NCBI GenBank assembly: GCA_976226885.1
Contig: OZ320321.1
Span: 44,764,001 to 44,828,000 of the forward strand
Source of the DNA: Iphione sp. A-MEVVRFRX5
Lineage: Eukaryota
DNA: 64,000 nucleotides
Direction of reading: 5' to 3'
Shown: in pieces, positions 25,501-38,641 of the stretch
How the letters are laid out: every line of letters begins with the position of its first letter
How positions within the stretch are numbered: position 1 is the stretch's first letter
Translations under genes and position numbers: made by a program
The notes under the pieces: model-generated
The model's database searches: none
The model's input: the letters and a program-made list of their open reading frames with translations, nothing else
What the model was told of the DNA's origin: nothing

Positions 25501-28500
25501 ATGTAATAGTCTTCCTCCGAACGTACACTGAATAATTTGTTCATAACTTTACTTTTCCTGTGATGCTTTTACATAAAATTACTAGATAGATCAGATCGTC
25601 CATCACAAACAATTTAGTCGATCCATAATTCATATACATGTACATGTATATAAGTCTATTTACCATAGAGAACAATGGCAAAGATCACGTCTTTCATGCA
25701 AGTATACGTGTACTCTATTAATATTAGGCATATCAAATTCTCGTTATCAATAATAAGCAGATGTGCGTACCTTTACAGTTTGTTCAGTGGTGTAGTAGAT
25801 GAGATATGCGCCGCCACCAAGGGTGAGAACGACCAAAGAGTTAACGAAGAACCGAATGGTATAGATTTTACATTTTTCCTCCGTCGTGCGATTTTTTAGT
25901 TTTTGCTGGCGGCGTCGCTCTTCTAGATTGCCCTGTCAGATATAGAGGAATACAACAGAACTTTAGCGACGAGACGTCGGGAGAATCGTGTATTGAGACA
26001 ACCAAGTACTCAATTGCCCCAGCGCCTCATTGAAAACACGAACCAGACAAATATAGACCTATACGAATTAAATCCAGTTTCCGGGAATATCTAAACGTGC
26101 AGTAACACATATTTCGGGGAAGAGTCCAGAAGATATGAAGAAACATGATATCAGAACAAACAAAGATGTTTCGATCGATGAGAAAAATTACTGGTCCTTG
26201 GGTACCACTGCATCGTTACCTTGATCGTTTGGTAACAAGTTTTATGCCGGAGATCCGCGGTGTCCTCTTTGTGAACATTGTAGTCCCAAGAGGCGAAGCC
26301 GACATTACAGAACCGCTGCGAAGCGGAGGTGGTGGTGAAGAGCCGCTCACGAAAACCCGTAGATGTCCTTGAAACGGAACAATAGATCGGGTTCATTCTC
26401 CACCTCACGATAGCGGAAAGGGCTGGCAACCGTTCTTGGTGCTTTCAATGAGAATTATCTTAGTACGTTTTTTTTCAACATACATGTTATATATATAAAG
26501 AACTATAAAGTGTATACACTTAAAATTTAGTACATACGTACATACATTACCCTAGAGTCGTCTATTTTTGAAAGTGACCTATTCATTATGTTGGGTAATA
26601 TTGGCCAAAATGTTTCGTTTCTTGATCGACTCTTCGATTTATGCCAGGACCGGGTGATTTTGCAGATGTATATATATCCCCATCTCGGTTCCACACGCTT
26701 ACTCTACTTGTCAGGAATTCCAGAAATTTTTGTGGTTTAAAATTACGACAAAAGATGTCTTTTTACCCAATCCTTGAATAAAGTTAAAATCGTGCTGCCA
26801 GGATTTAAAAACTTGTTTATGTACTGTTATATTACCAATGGATACATCGATCCAATTTACTGGTAAACAAGGTCTACTATCTCTTGTCTCTATCAAGACA
26901 CTTATCTGAGTTCTTTTGCATTTTGCAATAACCATTGCACAAGCATCATAGACTTGAACGTATCTTCATAGAAATACATCCTTTACGTTCTAACGTATTC
27001 ACAAACATATTTTTCTCAATGGAATTACATGAGTTCTGACGGAAACGAATAACAAGTGTACGTGTATATTTCTTAGTTAGGCAAAAAAATAGGTGTGTTT
27101 CTGGTAACCCACCCCTACCTAGTAAAACCTCACTCTACCTAAAAATCTTTTGCCCTCAAAGAGTTTTCAAGGCTGAATTTCCTTAGATATGTGTTTTCAT
27201 GACACATGTATTTGGTAAATTCAGTAGAAAAACAACAGAATCCATGGAAATTCACAAAAAAACTGTAAAACTCATACAGATTGGTCAAAATTCTTGACAT
27301 TGTCTTTATTATTATTGAAAACCAGAGAAAGAAACTGGAAAAAAATCTAAAAAAGAAGATACCCCCCCTCCCTACCTAGGTTTTTGGCTGGTCATTACCA
27401 GAAACATACGCATTTTTGCAATACCTTCATTCTAAAGTCATGCCATAGCTGCAATATTATGGTAATGAATCATATATAGCCGTTAGCTTCAGCACTAATC
27501 GTCTTCAAGTCAAAATCCCTACCACTAGACTAGAATATGATCTTTCATAATTCTCTGAATTATGTATGCAAGACGTTGCTTTTGGGCGTTAAAATCCCGC
27601 CAAATACGAAACAATGGAATTAAAATCTTGGTAACATTTGGTATGCATCCTTCCTTCACAGCTGTGCCAAATGTCCATAGCTTTGTCTGAATAACGAATA
27701 ACCTTTGCTGTACAGGTATACATCTCTTAGCTACATCTTGGAGAATTAGTTGCTGCCTTAACCAAGTCACAATATATAGTAAAAAAAATCAATTTGAGGT
27801 ATAATGTGACGGTCTCGAACGATAATACTCTGTGCTTCTGTTGGCAAAAATGATATATTGAAACACATCTACTTCGTCATGAAAGCTTAATACATTCTGT
27901 ACTTGCTGTACATGTCCAAAAGAGTCCGTAAACATTGACGTTTGGGCAGCGATTCGCCTGATTTAGCGTAATAGAATTTGGTACTTGTTCTTCAGAGAAG
28001 TGTATAGCTTTAATAACTTACGAAAACACCCGGTGGTGCCGTATTGTGTACATTAAATATCAGGAAATCGAAGGTATATAACTTCCGTACTGTCTACATT
28101 GAATATCAGGAAATCGAAGGTATATAACTTACTTGCTGACAATCATGATGAGACTGAATAGCAGATAGAAGAGCATGGTGTAGATGTAGGCAAGGGGGAT
28201 GTTGTAGCCATAAGTCGCTGAAATGCTCACCACCTTGTTGACGTAATAGCCACAAAACATTAAAGTATTTTCCATCCAGCCCTGTAAAATTCCAACCACC
28301 ATAGTGTGAGTCCATAATCACTTGCACTTAACTTAAATTCAATACAACTGTCATGCTTATATGCAATTTCGGAACACATGTATAATTAATTCATGCCAGT
28401 GTTCCTGAGTGGGTGGTTCACGAATATTAACATGTCTATATGACGGGCATTTACAAAGTACACCTAGGTTAACATTGAGTTACGCTTCATCGACTTCTAT

Positions 28501-31500
28501 GACTGGACATCAAGGCAAAGTCGTGCACCACCTCGGCTACATCGGACTTGAGTAATGCTTACTGTGCCCTGGACGAAACCAAGGATTGCCGAGGCAGCAT
28601 CGACGGTCACGGTGGCATTATGGACGTAGATGGCCGAGCAGGTATCGACCACATCTATGACAGATGAGGATGTGTTTGCAATGACCCATTGATTGTAGTT
28701 CTGCAAATCAACAAATCGAATGAAATATTATATATATCTAGATGAATTAATTTTATATGAATCTCTTTCACAAATCATGTATGAATTGAGTTTTTTTTGT
28801 ACCTAAGCAAGGAAGGAAGTTAGCCACGTCATCCAAATATATCTAGATGAAGTAACTACAGGAACTTATTCAGGAAGGAATTTTGTGACCAATGACCACA
28901 ATGGGGACATACTATTAGTTCTCACACCTTAATCTCTACTATGCTTAAAGAGACGCAAAAAGAGAGATCGGGTAAACGTGTCTGTGTCACACCATTTTAA
29001 CATAACATAAACATTATTCTTATTTAGTCGCGGCTCTTAGGATCTGAAATAATACAGCTCGTTACAAGGTGGAGAAAAGTGCCAAGTTTTGCATGGTAAT
29101 CCAAAAGATTACAGGTTATAATAGAGTCGCCCTGCTCAACCATTCAATATCCAACTGGATTCCCCACTCATTTCAGACGTCTATGACTGAATCAAGCGGA
29201 GACTTGTTGTCTATTCTATGTTATGTTTTCCTGAATCCTTGTTTAACCGAATGATTTTGTGTGAATTGAAGTTTGGTCGGCTTGGCTGACAACACTGGAA
29301 GGGGCCATGTACTGGAATCTGAGCCTTGGTGCCATACCAGCCATTCATATCTCAAAACCCGTTAAATTTGGCACTTTTGTCCATCCCGTAATGTGATAGA
29401 CCTTAGAAAGCCTCTACTAATTCCTAGCTGTCTACATTGTGGTATTACTGAGTGAATGGTCTACCACCTGAGAGCAAACAAAGTGTCAGTTTGAAAAGTA
29501 TGCAGAATACACTCAGAAAATACATCAAAGTTGACGAAGAATGAAAGACAACGAGGTTCAGCGACTGCTTATATACTGCCAAACGAGTGGGGTGATCCTA
29601 TTTTTATACTGCCACGTCGCAATGACTAACAATGCGTTACACGCCGTCCCCATTGTGATTTCCATATTTATGTAAATGAGAACCAAGATCAAAGCATGGA
29701 ACATATGTATGCATGTCACTATGATCAATGTCTTCACAGAGGTAATGAGAGGGAAACAAAGATCCTGAGCAAGGGAATAGTCACCAAAAACAAGGGCAAT
29801 CATGTAATATTCACTACTTACCACATCCGATGGCTGAAAAAATCACAATAAACGTTGAAAATATTGGAACGGTTTCCATGCCTTTTATGTAGTAGATAAT
29901 TCTGTCGGACCCAGTTCAGATTTATATAGGCATGGTATCACTTCATATACATATACATAAAAGGGGGTATTTGGGGTATCATCCAATACTCTTCACAAAG
30001 GTCAGGATGTCCACCTCTGTAACGAGGAGTTTCACCTCTGTAACCAGGAGGTCCACCCCTCTAAAGCCCGGTTTCCATATCTGCGTTGAGGCCCGTGTGT
30101 GTTACCGTTAGGCTGTGCTTCCATACATTCTTATTGAACAGGTTGTTAATAGTCTAGGGTGTTCCTTATCTACATTTGGTATCTGTGTGCATTTATGTGT
30201 GTTTTGTGTGTGTGTTGCCTGTTTTTGGTACATGCTCGATAATTTTCCACACAGCTGGACGCCCACATGGCAACGAACGCCTATTTCTTCATATTTACTC
30301 ACTTTTTAGCATCATTTATGCATATTGATGCACATCATCCTTTTCTGAGCATTTTCCAGCCATTTTCACAGATTTTCACAACATTAAGCATAAAATCAGT
30401 TTCTTTTCATAATTTTGCCTGATTTTCACGGCTTTTAGCCTAATATTTGTCCTCTTTCATCCTTCTCACACACTGGTCCACACTGGTCTGCACTGGCCCT
30501 CAATTGAAACTCCTGTGCAGGAGGGTACAGAAAAGGAAAAATGCATGTAAAATACATCTCAACACACATGGAAGGCAAACACAGGGGAATGTATTTAAAC
30601 ACAGACCTGTATGGAAACCAGGCCGAGCCAGGATTTCGACCTCTGTAGCCAGGATACCCTCCAGAAACACTCCTGGCTACGGGCCGACATAATGAGATTC
30701 ATTTATATGGAGAAATCAATGTGTCATATGACTTCTACAAATCTGATTTTTCAGTGTAAACAAGGACAAACCCTACTGTTGAAAATCCAGTCTTACCAGG
30801 GCTGGGAAGACAGCTTGCGGGATGACAACGAAGAAGAAGACTGCCACAAAGATGACTAGATTGAGGGCGAAGAGCCAGCGCAGAAATGTGAAGTACGTTA
30901 GTACACCACTCCCTTGGATACCTGTTAAATTGATTGAAGAATACTTAAACTACAGGTATATGACACTTAACACGCATGAAACATCTCTCTTCGATACACC
31001 TATCAAATGTTTTTTCTTAAAGTGACGAATGGAAAGGTGCAAGGTTGCGCTTTTGCCTATTGTTTCATCAGCCATTGAATCACGACGGTCCAGCAACATT
31101 ACCTTCAATTTTGTTGAGAGCTGAACCCCACAGCGCTAAGTACTGAGATATTTCATTCCATCGTTTCCTTCCTCGACGTTTGGCAAGGTATGCTTTCTGT
31201 AAAAATTGAAATGATGCAAATAGAGATAATTATTGAACGGCTTGATGTATGTAAGTGAGCACAATTTGTGGTGGAGAGAGAGGGGTGTCCTTTTGGGGTT
31301 CCCTTGTGATTTTGACGTTTCATGAGATAATGGTCCACTCTAAATGTGTCTTAAAATTACCAGAGGTAAGAATATGACGTATTTTCTTAAGTAGGCAGAT
31401 ACTATTAAAACACAGAAACGCGAATATACACGTATATAATTGGTATTGTTTCCGAGAAAAAAAATTAGAATAGAAATAACATTTCCTGCGTCGCCCTTAC

Positions 31501-32689
31501 CGTTTGCTTTTAAGGTAGTAGAGGAAAATCATTTATCAAACACTACCTCTCTTTCTACTAGAGTTTAACTTGTGATGAAGGAGGTCAGTTCAACGTTGAG
31601 CCACTTACCACCTTTCGCCTGTAAAGCCAGGCAGAGCATCCGGACTCCTCGTAATCAGGCATCATACTGTACAGTTTTGTTCTGAAAGAAAATGTATTAT
31701 GAAGAAACGTCTCATTTCACAAACATAAATTTACAGTTGGAGGGGTCTCCAGGAGGGAGCCCCGTTTCGTGCCTTCGTAAGTGCAGCTTCGATTTCAGCT
31801 ATCATAGGCTTGTTTGGCTGGATCTGATACCATGTATTCATTTGCGACATAATCATGATGATTTGTGTGTGGCATACTACGCTGACTGGATGCAATCTAT
31901 TATTCTGACGAAAAAGAGTCGTTACTGGACAACTTTTGTCCACCTAGGAAACCTCGGCGACATATTGCACTAAATCCACTTAGGATACATTTTTTTTCTC
32001 TCTCTACGGAAAATCTTAAAGACCTGTTTGAAATCACGAAAGTATTTCTCTGCAGGTTTTTATGGGTTCTCGTCATAATTTTTTTTACAGATTGTAGATC
32101 ATAAAAATATGTACACATGATACAACATTGTGTATGCATGTACATGTATGTATGATCTTAGAATGACAATAGACATTCATCAAGGAAGAGGTGAGTGCGA
32201 TATTTCATGATTAAATGCCAAGTCAATGAGGTATATTAAGGCACGTTTTTAAAGGGAATTCTTACCAAAGAAGGACCACGCTACGATATATTCACTACAA
32301 GTTGTTTCATCAACTTTGGCGAGGATGCAGTACGAACCTCAACTCTCGCTTCCACGAGATGGACACGGGCATCTCTCGGATGACGTCGATCTGCTTCAGT
32401 CGGTCGATTTCGTCGACATCGTCGTCTCCGTCCATGTCGGCCTTCAACCCACGCTTATTCACCTCCTGCATGAGGCGTAGCTCCATGGCGTTGGCCGTCT
32501 TGGGCCGGCGCGACGGGTCGACGGCGGCCGCCGTCTTGAGGCGGCGGGCGCGGTTGGCCGTCATGACTTGACGCGCCAGTGAGGTGCCCTGCGCCGACCG
32601 GTGGATCTGCGTGCTGGGCAGATCGGCGGTGATCGATGCCCGCGCCTGCCGCCAGCGGCGCTTGGCTTCAAGGGAATTTTCTTCTTTGT
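17579..32689 (-). CDS. TMC7: Transmembrane channel-like protein (TMC7-like; TMC4-8 group), 17 coding exons, 5' end not included
   Basis: Exons 32338-32689, 31609-31681, 31103-31196, 30797-30921, 28563-28700, 28133-28281, 26220-26367, 25771-25932, 25269-25441, 23803-23920, 21332-21429, 21083-21190, 20634-20709, 20165-20295, 18588-18743, 17866-17944, 17579-17731. All GT-AG with matching phases, 2333 nt in total. Motifs TYFTFLRWL..LN, YNIPLAY, ASWDY, FEDYS, CWETKIGQEIYKL, EFDIAKEVL.LIYGQTL.W, YSPLLP, PSRGCGPF, LKEQL.MEG.DK. The TMC7 label is from remembered similarity, not a tree. Confidence 0.95.
17866..17944 (-). CDS. TMC7: TMC exon
   Basis: ttttcctgcag; VIIYYLATVISAYKSMIVLLKEQLVM; gtgagt. 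Confidence 0.93.
18588..18743 (-). CDS. TMC7: TMC exon
   Basis: ttctctcag; IAPSRGCGPFRLYDYVYDIINLNIATWPKGLVDVVTFIQSTIFELTAVVIL(L); gtaagt. Confidence 0.93.
20165..20295 (-). CDS. TMC7: TMC exon
   Basis: ctttaacag; LTAILFYGPSTKAYSSSDSDAFFMYVLLIAYILCVIPIGYCVI(M); gtaagt. Confidence 0.92.
20634..20709 (-). CDS. TMC7: TMC exon
   Basis: ttcatttag; LGTFYSPLLPAFVVPKIFLTFYMKY; gtaagt. Confidence 0.94.
21083..21190 (-). CDS. TMC7: TMC exon
   Basis: atcttcag; LFVTKTSNKLSKKLGQKEFDIAKEVLGLIYGQTLL(W); gtgaga. Confidence 0.94.
21332..21429 (-). CDS. TMC7: TMC exon (CWET signature, TM6)
   Basis: cattgcag; CWETKIGQEIYKLVLTDFFIVVGLTFLVEFPR(W); gtgagc. Confidence 0.95.
22494..22534. repeat. (TG)n-(GA)n compound microsatellite
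   Basis: Direct reading; lies in a TMC intron. Confidence 0.95.
23803..23920 (-). CDS. TMC7: TMC exon (TM5)
   Basis: cttttacag; TVFLKLASLIILMISVFVNITCTPKDTCRVSTGTCSEVQ; gtgagt. Confidence 0.93.
25269..25441 (-). CDS. TMC7: TMC exon (TM4)
   Basis: cattgcag; LTSSAAYSSYHTVVQFLIQYLSSIVISLLNGILPSIYKFLIRFEDYSTGFAVNMTLF(R); gtaggc. Confidence 0.93.
25771..25932 (-). CDS. TMC7: TMC exon (TM3)
   Basis: tctgacag; GNLEERRRQQKLKNRTTEEKCKIYTIRFFVNSLVVLTLGGGAYLIYYTTEQTVK; gtacgc. Confidence 0.92.
26220..26367 (-). CDS. TMC7: TMC exon
   Basis: gtttcaag; TSTGFRERLFTTTSASQRFCNVGFASWDYNVHKEDTADLRHKTCYQTIK; gtaacg. Confidence 0.92.
27080..27425. mobile_element. PIF/Harbinger-like MITE related to the 13387 and 38252 copies
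   Basis: TTA|GGCAAAAAAATAGGTGTGTTTCTGGTAA...TTACCAGAAACATACGCATTTTTGCAATACC|TTC. Shares the GTTTC(C/T)GGTAA arm motif; TSD has one mismatch. Confidence 0.6.
28049..28130. repeat. 36-bp local duplication next to an exon donor site
   Basis: TACATT(A/G)AATATCAGGAAATCGAAGGTATATAACTT at 28049-28084 and 28095-28130 (35/36). Confidence 0.9.
28133..28281 (-). CDS. TMC7: TMC exon (TM2)
   Basis: ttttacag; GWMENTLMFCGYYVNKVVSISATYGYNIPLAYIYTMLFYLLFSLIMIVS(K); gtaagt. Confidence 0.93.
28563..28700 (-). CDS. TMC7: TMC exon (first extracellular loop)
   Basis: gatttgcag; NYNQWVIANTSSSVIDVVDTCSAIYVHNATVTVDAASAILGFVQGT; gtaagc. Confidence 0.9.
29822..29833 (-). CDS. Candidate 12-nt microexon (PSDV) of TMC gene
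   Basis: ttattgtgattttttcag|CCATCGGATGTG|gtaagt; lies in a phase-0 intron and preserves frame; no transcript evidence. Confidence 0.5.
30065..30624. mobile_element. Probable Harbinger-like MITE inserted in a ~21-bp minisatellite
   Basis: Ends AGCCCGGTTTCCATA / TATGGAAACCAGGCC. TAA on the left but GAG on the right, so the TSD is not clean. CACCTCTGTA(A/G)C(C/G)AGGA-type units occur on both flanks. Confidence 0.5.
30797..30921 (-). CDS. TMC7: TMC exon (TM1)
   Basis: tttaacag; IQGSGVLTYFTFLRWLFALNLVIFVAVFFFVVIPQAVFPAL; gtaaga. Confidence 0.93.
31103..31196 (-). CDS. TMC7: TMC exon
   Basis: tttttacag; KAYLAKRRGRKRWNEISQYLALWGSALNKIE(G); gtaatg. Confidence 0.9.
31609..31681 (-). CDS. TMC7: TMC exon
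   Basis: ttttctttcag; TKLYSMMPDYEESGCSAWLYRRKV; gtaagt. Confidence 0.85.
32338..32689 (-). CDS. TMC7: TMC exon (N-terminal cytoplasmic region)
   Basis: ctttttctag acceptor, phase 1; (D)KEENSLEAKRRWRQ...IREMPVSISWKREL(R); donor gttcgt. Confidence 0.88.
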
Positions 32690-35600
32690 CTAGAAAAAGA
32701 AGAGGTAGTAAATGCAGAGAAGTTCTAATACTTAACTTTGTTGGTAACATGTGTGAAAACCACAATATACATACAGTTGAGTTCGATCTAAACGCCAGCA
32801 ATCTGTAACCTATCATGAAATTAAAGAATTTTTAGGATTTATATGGCACACGCTGTCTTAATTAATAGGAATAGTGAACGTGTAATTGAATGATTGAATG
32901 TAAACAATATTTGAATGGGGATTCTTAGTCATCTAGTAGTTTCACATGAAACCAAAACAACACCGCCCTTGCGCCCAAATTCAGAGACATCAAGTTTGAC
33001 GTTTGCTAAACTCTCTACTCTTTGAGGTGCTATCGAGTTGTGGAGATATAGCTACGGGCCTGTGAGCTGCCATCCCTCTCTTTAGATGATTCCACCAGCT
33101 CTTATCTTCGATAGAGAGAGAATTTTCATTTTGTCAAGCAGAAGGACGTATAATGTACATTTTATCATGCATGCGTTGTTATGCGAGGGAAGAGGACGTA
33201 ACAGCATTGGGTCTCAACCTTGGAAGCAATGTTATGTTACAATGTTATCATATTCCTTGATTAAGATATCCACCGCTTGTAACCGTATGATCTGAACTTT
33301 GCTTGTCTTAATCTCTATGAGACTAACCAAAGACAATTAGTACACCAGAGCAAAATTATAAAAAAGAAAGAACATTGTGGGGCATCATTTTGTGCAAAGA
33401 ATACGGAAACGATCCTATTAGATCTTGAAATATCACAGTCCAAAGGTGTTATAATAACTCTTTTAAAAAGATGATTCTAATGCTTAATACATAATCTACC
33501 ATACTACACTGTAAATAATTTAGATGCTGGGAAATCCGTACATTACGGAATTGGAATTGCCAAAACTTACGCTTGGAATAGATTCTTCATGAAAATGACC
33601 AAATAATTTTTTTGTGATGGTTTTTTTAACATCTTTTAATTTTTAGGCTTCTTAAATGATTATTTGGAACTTTAACCCCGATGCCGTGCATATCCATTTT
33701 CCATTGCTGGTCACATATTATGAAGGCTTCACCGTTACACTCGAATCGGTCTACGCGTGACGGTTCTATGTATAGCGAAATTTCAAGGACCTTAGGCAAA
33801 ACCCATTCAGCTGGATGAACAGTAACCGGTTTCTGAAGAGAACTCTAAAACATCTGACTGCCAGCTGATTAGGAAAAGGGTACGTAAACACAATGTATCA
33901 CAGCGACTTCTTATCAAGTCCGAAGAAATAAGTTCTTACTGCTTAGATTATATCGACATAGTCGATATGACTGAAATGAGTTGGGAAATTATGAATGAAT
34001 GACATCTATTTCTTGATTGCATCATCATTCTGACAGATAATTGCCACATTAGTTGACCTATGTAGGGAATGTACACAACAAACAGTGGACATGGACACCT
34101 CTGAGATGGCCTATGCTTTATGTCGACGTTTTGCTTGGTGCGAGTGAAACTCTTGGATATTTCCTGATTGCAAGACATCTGGGATGCTGGGATGTATTAG
34201 TAAGCGAGTCAATGATATGTGACATACTAAAATGCAGTGGTTTCTGATTTTCTATTCCCAGTGCAGAAGGACTGCAGCTGTCAAGAGTGAGAGATACAGA
34301 GAATCAACACGGAAAGAACCCTTCTAGGATTTCATGATGTCAGAGGTAGGAGTTATACTGATGTATGATTGCATTTTCATAGTGAAGGAAAAGAATTTTG
34401 AAAAATGGAAGCAAGTAACAGGATTTACATAAACAGGGACTGCCGAAATCCAGACCTTCTACCTCTAGGAAGAGGTGGTATCTGTTATCCACGGAGTCCA
34501 TTCTCAGTGGTAGACCGGAGCTTCACAACCTCACTGGGCTGTTCTATCGCCTGAAACCCTCTACTACACTCGTAACTAGAGCATTGTGCGGCGAGAAGGA
34601 TGCAATGATCAATTATCAGTTGTCCCTAGTTACATTGCAATTGGCAGTGACAGCATTTCTTCTTTGGTTAAGCAAACCAACCATGCAGCTTTGGCAAAGA
34701 CTGGGGTCTGGAATGTGTGTCCACTAAAAGAGAAATCAACGTACATATACTTGCATGGCTTCTACAACATGGACTAAAATCCTTGAGACACTAAGTGTAA
34801 GAGAGAGGAACAAGGGCAAGACATATTCTTTGTGTGGTAATTCTACAAACCATAAATCAAGAGTTAGACTACTAAAGCTTTACCATCTTCTCTCTGTCCA
34901 CAAACATAGCAGTCCATCTCCAGCCTCTTGATGCCGAAAGCATTGCTTACTTTAAGGGTCATCACAGGAAAATGTTTATTTCCGCAGATGTGTAGGTGAT
35001 GACCCACTCATTACTATCTCCAAGGGGTAATAAGATGATTATAGATGGTGGGAGTGCAGTGAGCAGCACGACCATGGAGCACTGCTGGGCGCATACCAGG
35101 ATCGTTCCTTGAATGGATGCCGAGGCAAAGCAAGAGAACACTCCCCTATAAGAGGTCAGGTACTGTAAACGGCATTTGTTCATGGGTTGTGGAAATGAAG
35201 ACCATGGGGCTTCGGTGATTTGGACAGCATATGACAAGTACCAAGGTACAAGTCACTCACCCCCTTTTGCCAGGGTTACAGTGGTCTAGGATAACCACTG
35301 GTGTGCTGCCACGCCATCACCAACAAGTCTGTTGGGGATGAAGTCCCAGGGTATGTATCACTCAAGTCAATGATGAAGATAGCTGGCTCGATCTAAACCT
35401 GGGCATCACAAACAGTGAGTCATCAGGGCACCTCCCCGGAACTACATTTAATGTTGGGCTGGGGGTAAACAATGATGGGCAAACCTCAAAGTGGTGAGAA
35501 GCAGGCGTAATGATGATTGACAGGTGTCAGTGAGCCTCATATGAGTGGGTGTGCAACCAGACGTGACGAGAACGCTCATGGGTTCGTACTTCATCACTCA

Positions 35601-37251
35601 TCCCCCCCCCTGTAGGGTTACAGCGATTCCGCCGGTATCTGGAAACACGTGAAGTTGCTCCAAATGGGGTAACATTCCCCATTCCCCTTGCCTCCCTGCC
35701 CCCTTCCTCTTCTTGCAGTTTTCAAACAAATACCTCAAATATTCCTTTTCAGGAATTCTTGATTTACACATACTAAACGGAAACCAATGAAAAATCTATG
35801 GACAACATCTTTGTTTCATTGCACTGGACTCTCTGAATTTATTGGTGTCCCGTCCACTGTCCAGCAGAGATAGAAATAGAAATCTCAGAAACATATCTTC
35901 AACTGCGCCAATGATCTCTTCCCTACCACGTCCCAGAACAGCTAAGTTCATCGAACGGCAGCCTATACGCACACCTGCATAAAAGGGGAGCAGTTCAGGT
36001 CATTCTCTTCTCACTCTACTTCTTTTCCATATCAGGCCTAAGGTGATACCCGAGAGTACGAAAAAATGTGTTTTCTGCGAAATTTTCGCTCCCAAAAGTG
36101 TAGAAGTAGCAGCAGACAATTCTATCTAGGGTTAATTAACATAAACGATATCATTTTGTTGCTTTTGATATACGCTGACGTAGGTAAAAGAGTTTCCATA
36201 TGTAGATGAGTCATCTAGGATTTCAGGAGATCACCGAAGGTGGCCTTACAACTGAAAAAAAGCCCCGAACGTTCCAAATAAGGTATTTTAAGTAGAAATT
36301 GGACGACTTCCATCGGTCGCTCCGTGCCTGGTGGATCCAGACATCTTTAGTGTATCCAATGAGTTCGTTTTAGGACGGAGATGCATGTGACAAAATGGAA
36401 ACTGTTCTATGACGGAATTTGGCATGGTTGCTTGTTATAAATACTAGCCCTTACTTAGGTCAATCGAGAAGTACACTGATCAGTTGCATTATCTTCTCCG
36501 TGGGCATTTATATATGCTGGTCCATCATATGTATAATTATTATTTACTTGCGTTGATCATACACATGCTCCGAGGACCACGCTGCACCTTGATGAGTTGA
36601 AGCCCCTGGAAACCTCTTCTTCCCTATCTCTACCCTAACTCCTCCTCTCGCATTCTCTCTTCACCTTATCTCCTCCACAGTATGGATGCTTTGTAAATGT
36701 GTGCGTGTATTAATGAAATAACCTTCCTTTCAGCAATAGCTAAAAGCAGAAGGAAGAAGTGGAAGCCTATCCCACCCACACTGCACCACACCAAGGGGAG
36801 AAAAGGGTGTACAGGACACCCACTCTCCACATGAGCAGAGGTCCAAGTCAGTGCACTGATGAACACCGCTCCCAGGCCACAGGCAAAACAACAAGGGCAA
36901 GAACAACAGCTACCCGCAAACCTCCAGCAGCAGTAATCATGGATTCAAATAACACCTCAAACCAAGGTATGAAAGTAAGATCACAATGCTAGCCAGGTAG
37001 GCACATAGGCACATGGGCCTACTGAGCACCTGTCCCCAAGAGCCCTTGCTCCAAGCCAGACAACACTAGGCATATCCCGAAGCACCCACTCCGAGAAAGA
37101 ATTGTCCTGCAATCAACAGAGGACCTTATGATCAGTAACACCCTTACAACCAGGTGAGCCCAAGTGAACTCAAGGCATGATGCACATCATGCATGGCTTA
37201 TAGCACTCATAAGTGGGGTGTGCAGCCCCTAAATTGAGTGGCATGAACTTA

Positions 37252-38641
37252 TGGTCGGTTGCTTTACATGCGTTGGCGTCCGTGCGTTTCTGATCCATTT
37301 AGATCCATTTTTATTGAATTATAGAGTTTCAGTGAGGAGTGCCTAATGCATCCGTTTGCATTGGTGTGCATTTTCTGTCCATGGACAGCTAACAGTCCCT
37401 GACCGATACTTTAAAGCATATTGTAACGTGACTATCGTAGTGAGGAATAAGAAGCCAATGGATGTTTAGTAAAATAAATTTAACAAAGGCAGAAAAATAA
37501 GTTTCGCTCCAAAATACACTAAATTGTTGTGCATGGAATGGTCTCTCTCTGGCGTGCAAAGAGAAAGGGTCTGTTTATTCCAGAAAACATGGGTTTATAT
37601 ATGGCAGCATTACATAAGAGTTGCTAACAATAGGATGTCTAGACGTCTGCTTCTACGCAGTAAATAAACAATCCGCGAGGTACCCCTACTACGCAGTATC
37701 GATACCAGTCTGAAAGGCGTCACGGACTGCACCTTATCACGGATCACGGATTCTGTCATGGACCGTTCTCATGGACCGACCAACCTTTTAGCACTATACG
37801 CTCTTATTACATGCGCACACTACATTATGGACACCAAACGGACAGTAGTATACAGAAGATACTAGAGGAAATCAGGAAAAAAGGGCAAGAAAACATTATT
37901 AATGCACACTTTTCGTTTTTCCTCCCTGAAATTTGCTGTTTTGGGGCACTTTCTCCCTGAAATTTGCCTTTTTTTTGGCACTTTCTCCATGGAATTAGTC
38001 ACAATCTCCATGAAATAGCCATTTTTTTGCACTTTCTCCATGAAATCCGCTGTTTTTCAGCACTTTCTGCATGGAATTTGCCACAATCATCATGATATAG
38101 CTGTTTTTTTAGCATTTCTCCCTGAAATTCGCCATTTGTTCATACATCTATCATTGATCTATCATAGATTTCATGTAACATAAATGCAGTCAATAGACAC
38201 CCTTGTCCGTGAGGCTGCGTTAAGGGAAAGCACATGTAAGACGCATACTAAGGGTGAAAAAAAAGTTCTGTGATTCCGGTAACAAGCCAAAAAAAGGGAG
38301 GGTTGGTCGGTAGGTGCAATGTTTTAAATTTTTCTTTTTTTTTCAATGTTAATTCTGGCTGACAGGAAAAAATGTGTATTGTTATATCAAGTCTTCTGCT
38401 CAAATTTAAATAGAAATATGAAATGAAAGCTAGTAACCTGGGGAGTAATTTGGTGTATAAAACATGTCTCTATCATTTTTCATTCTGAAGTTATTCAAAA
38501 AAGAAGAAAAAAAAGTTACAATTGGCTATAATATAGGGTCGGTCAGGTTACCAGAAACACAGATATTTTTTGTTTAGGCCTAATGCACACGGAGAGCAAA
38601 CGCAGATGAACACAGCTCAACGCCTGTAAGGAAACAGACCC
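37252..38641. mobile_element. PIF/Harbinger-like non-autonomous element (outer), with internal ~31-bp tandem repeats at about 37920-38135
   Basis: TTA on both sides (37249-37251, 38642-38644). TIR GGTCGGTTGCTTTACATGCGTTG vs reverse complement GGTCTGTTTCCTTACAGGCGTTG (19/23). Confidence 0.7.
38252..38580. mobile_element. PIF/Harbinger-like MITE nested in the 37252-38641 element
   Basis: TAA on both sides (38249-38251, 38581-38583); same family as 13387-13581, opposite orientation. Confidence 0.8.

Noticed and set aside
34995-35070. MIIDGGSAVS resembling a retroviral-type aspartic protease motif
   Set aside because: Needs a frameshift to fit, lacks the D(S/T)G consensus, and no RT or integrase follows.
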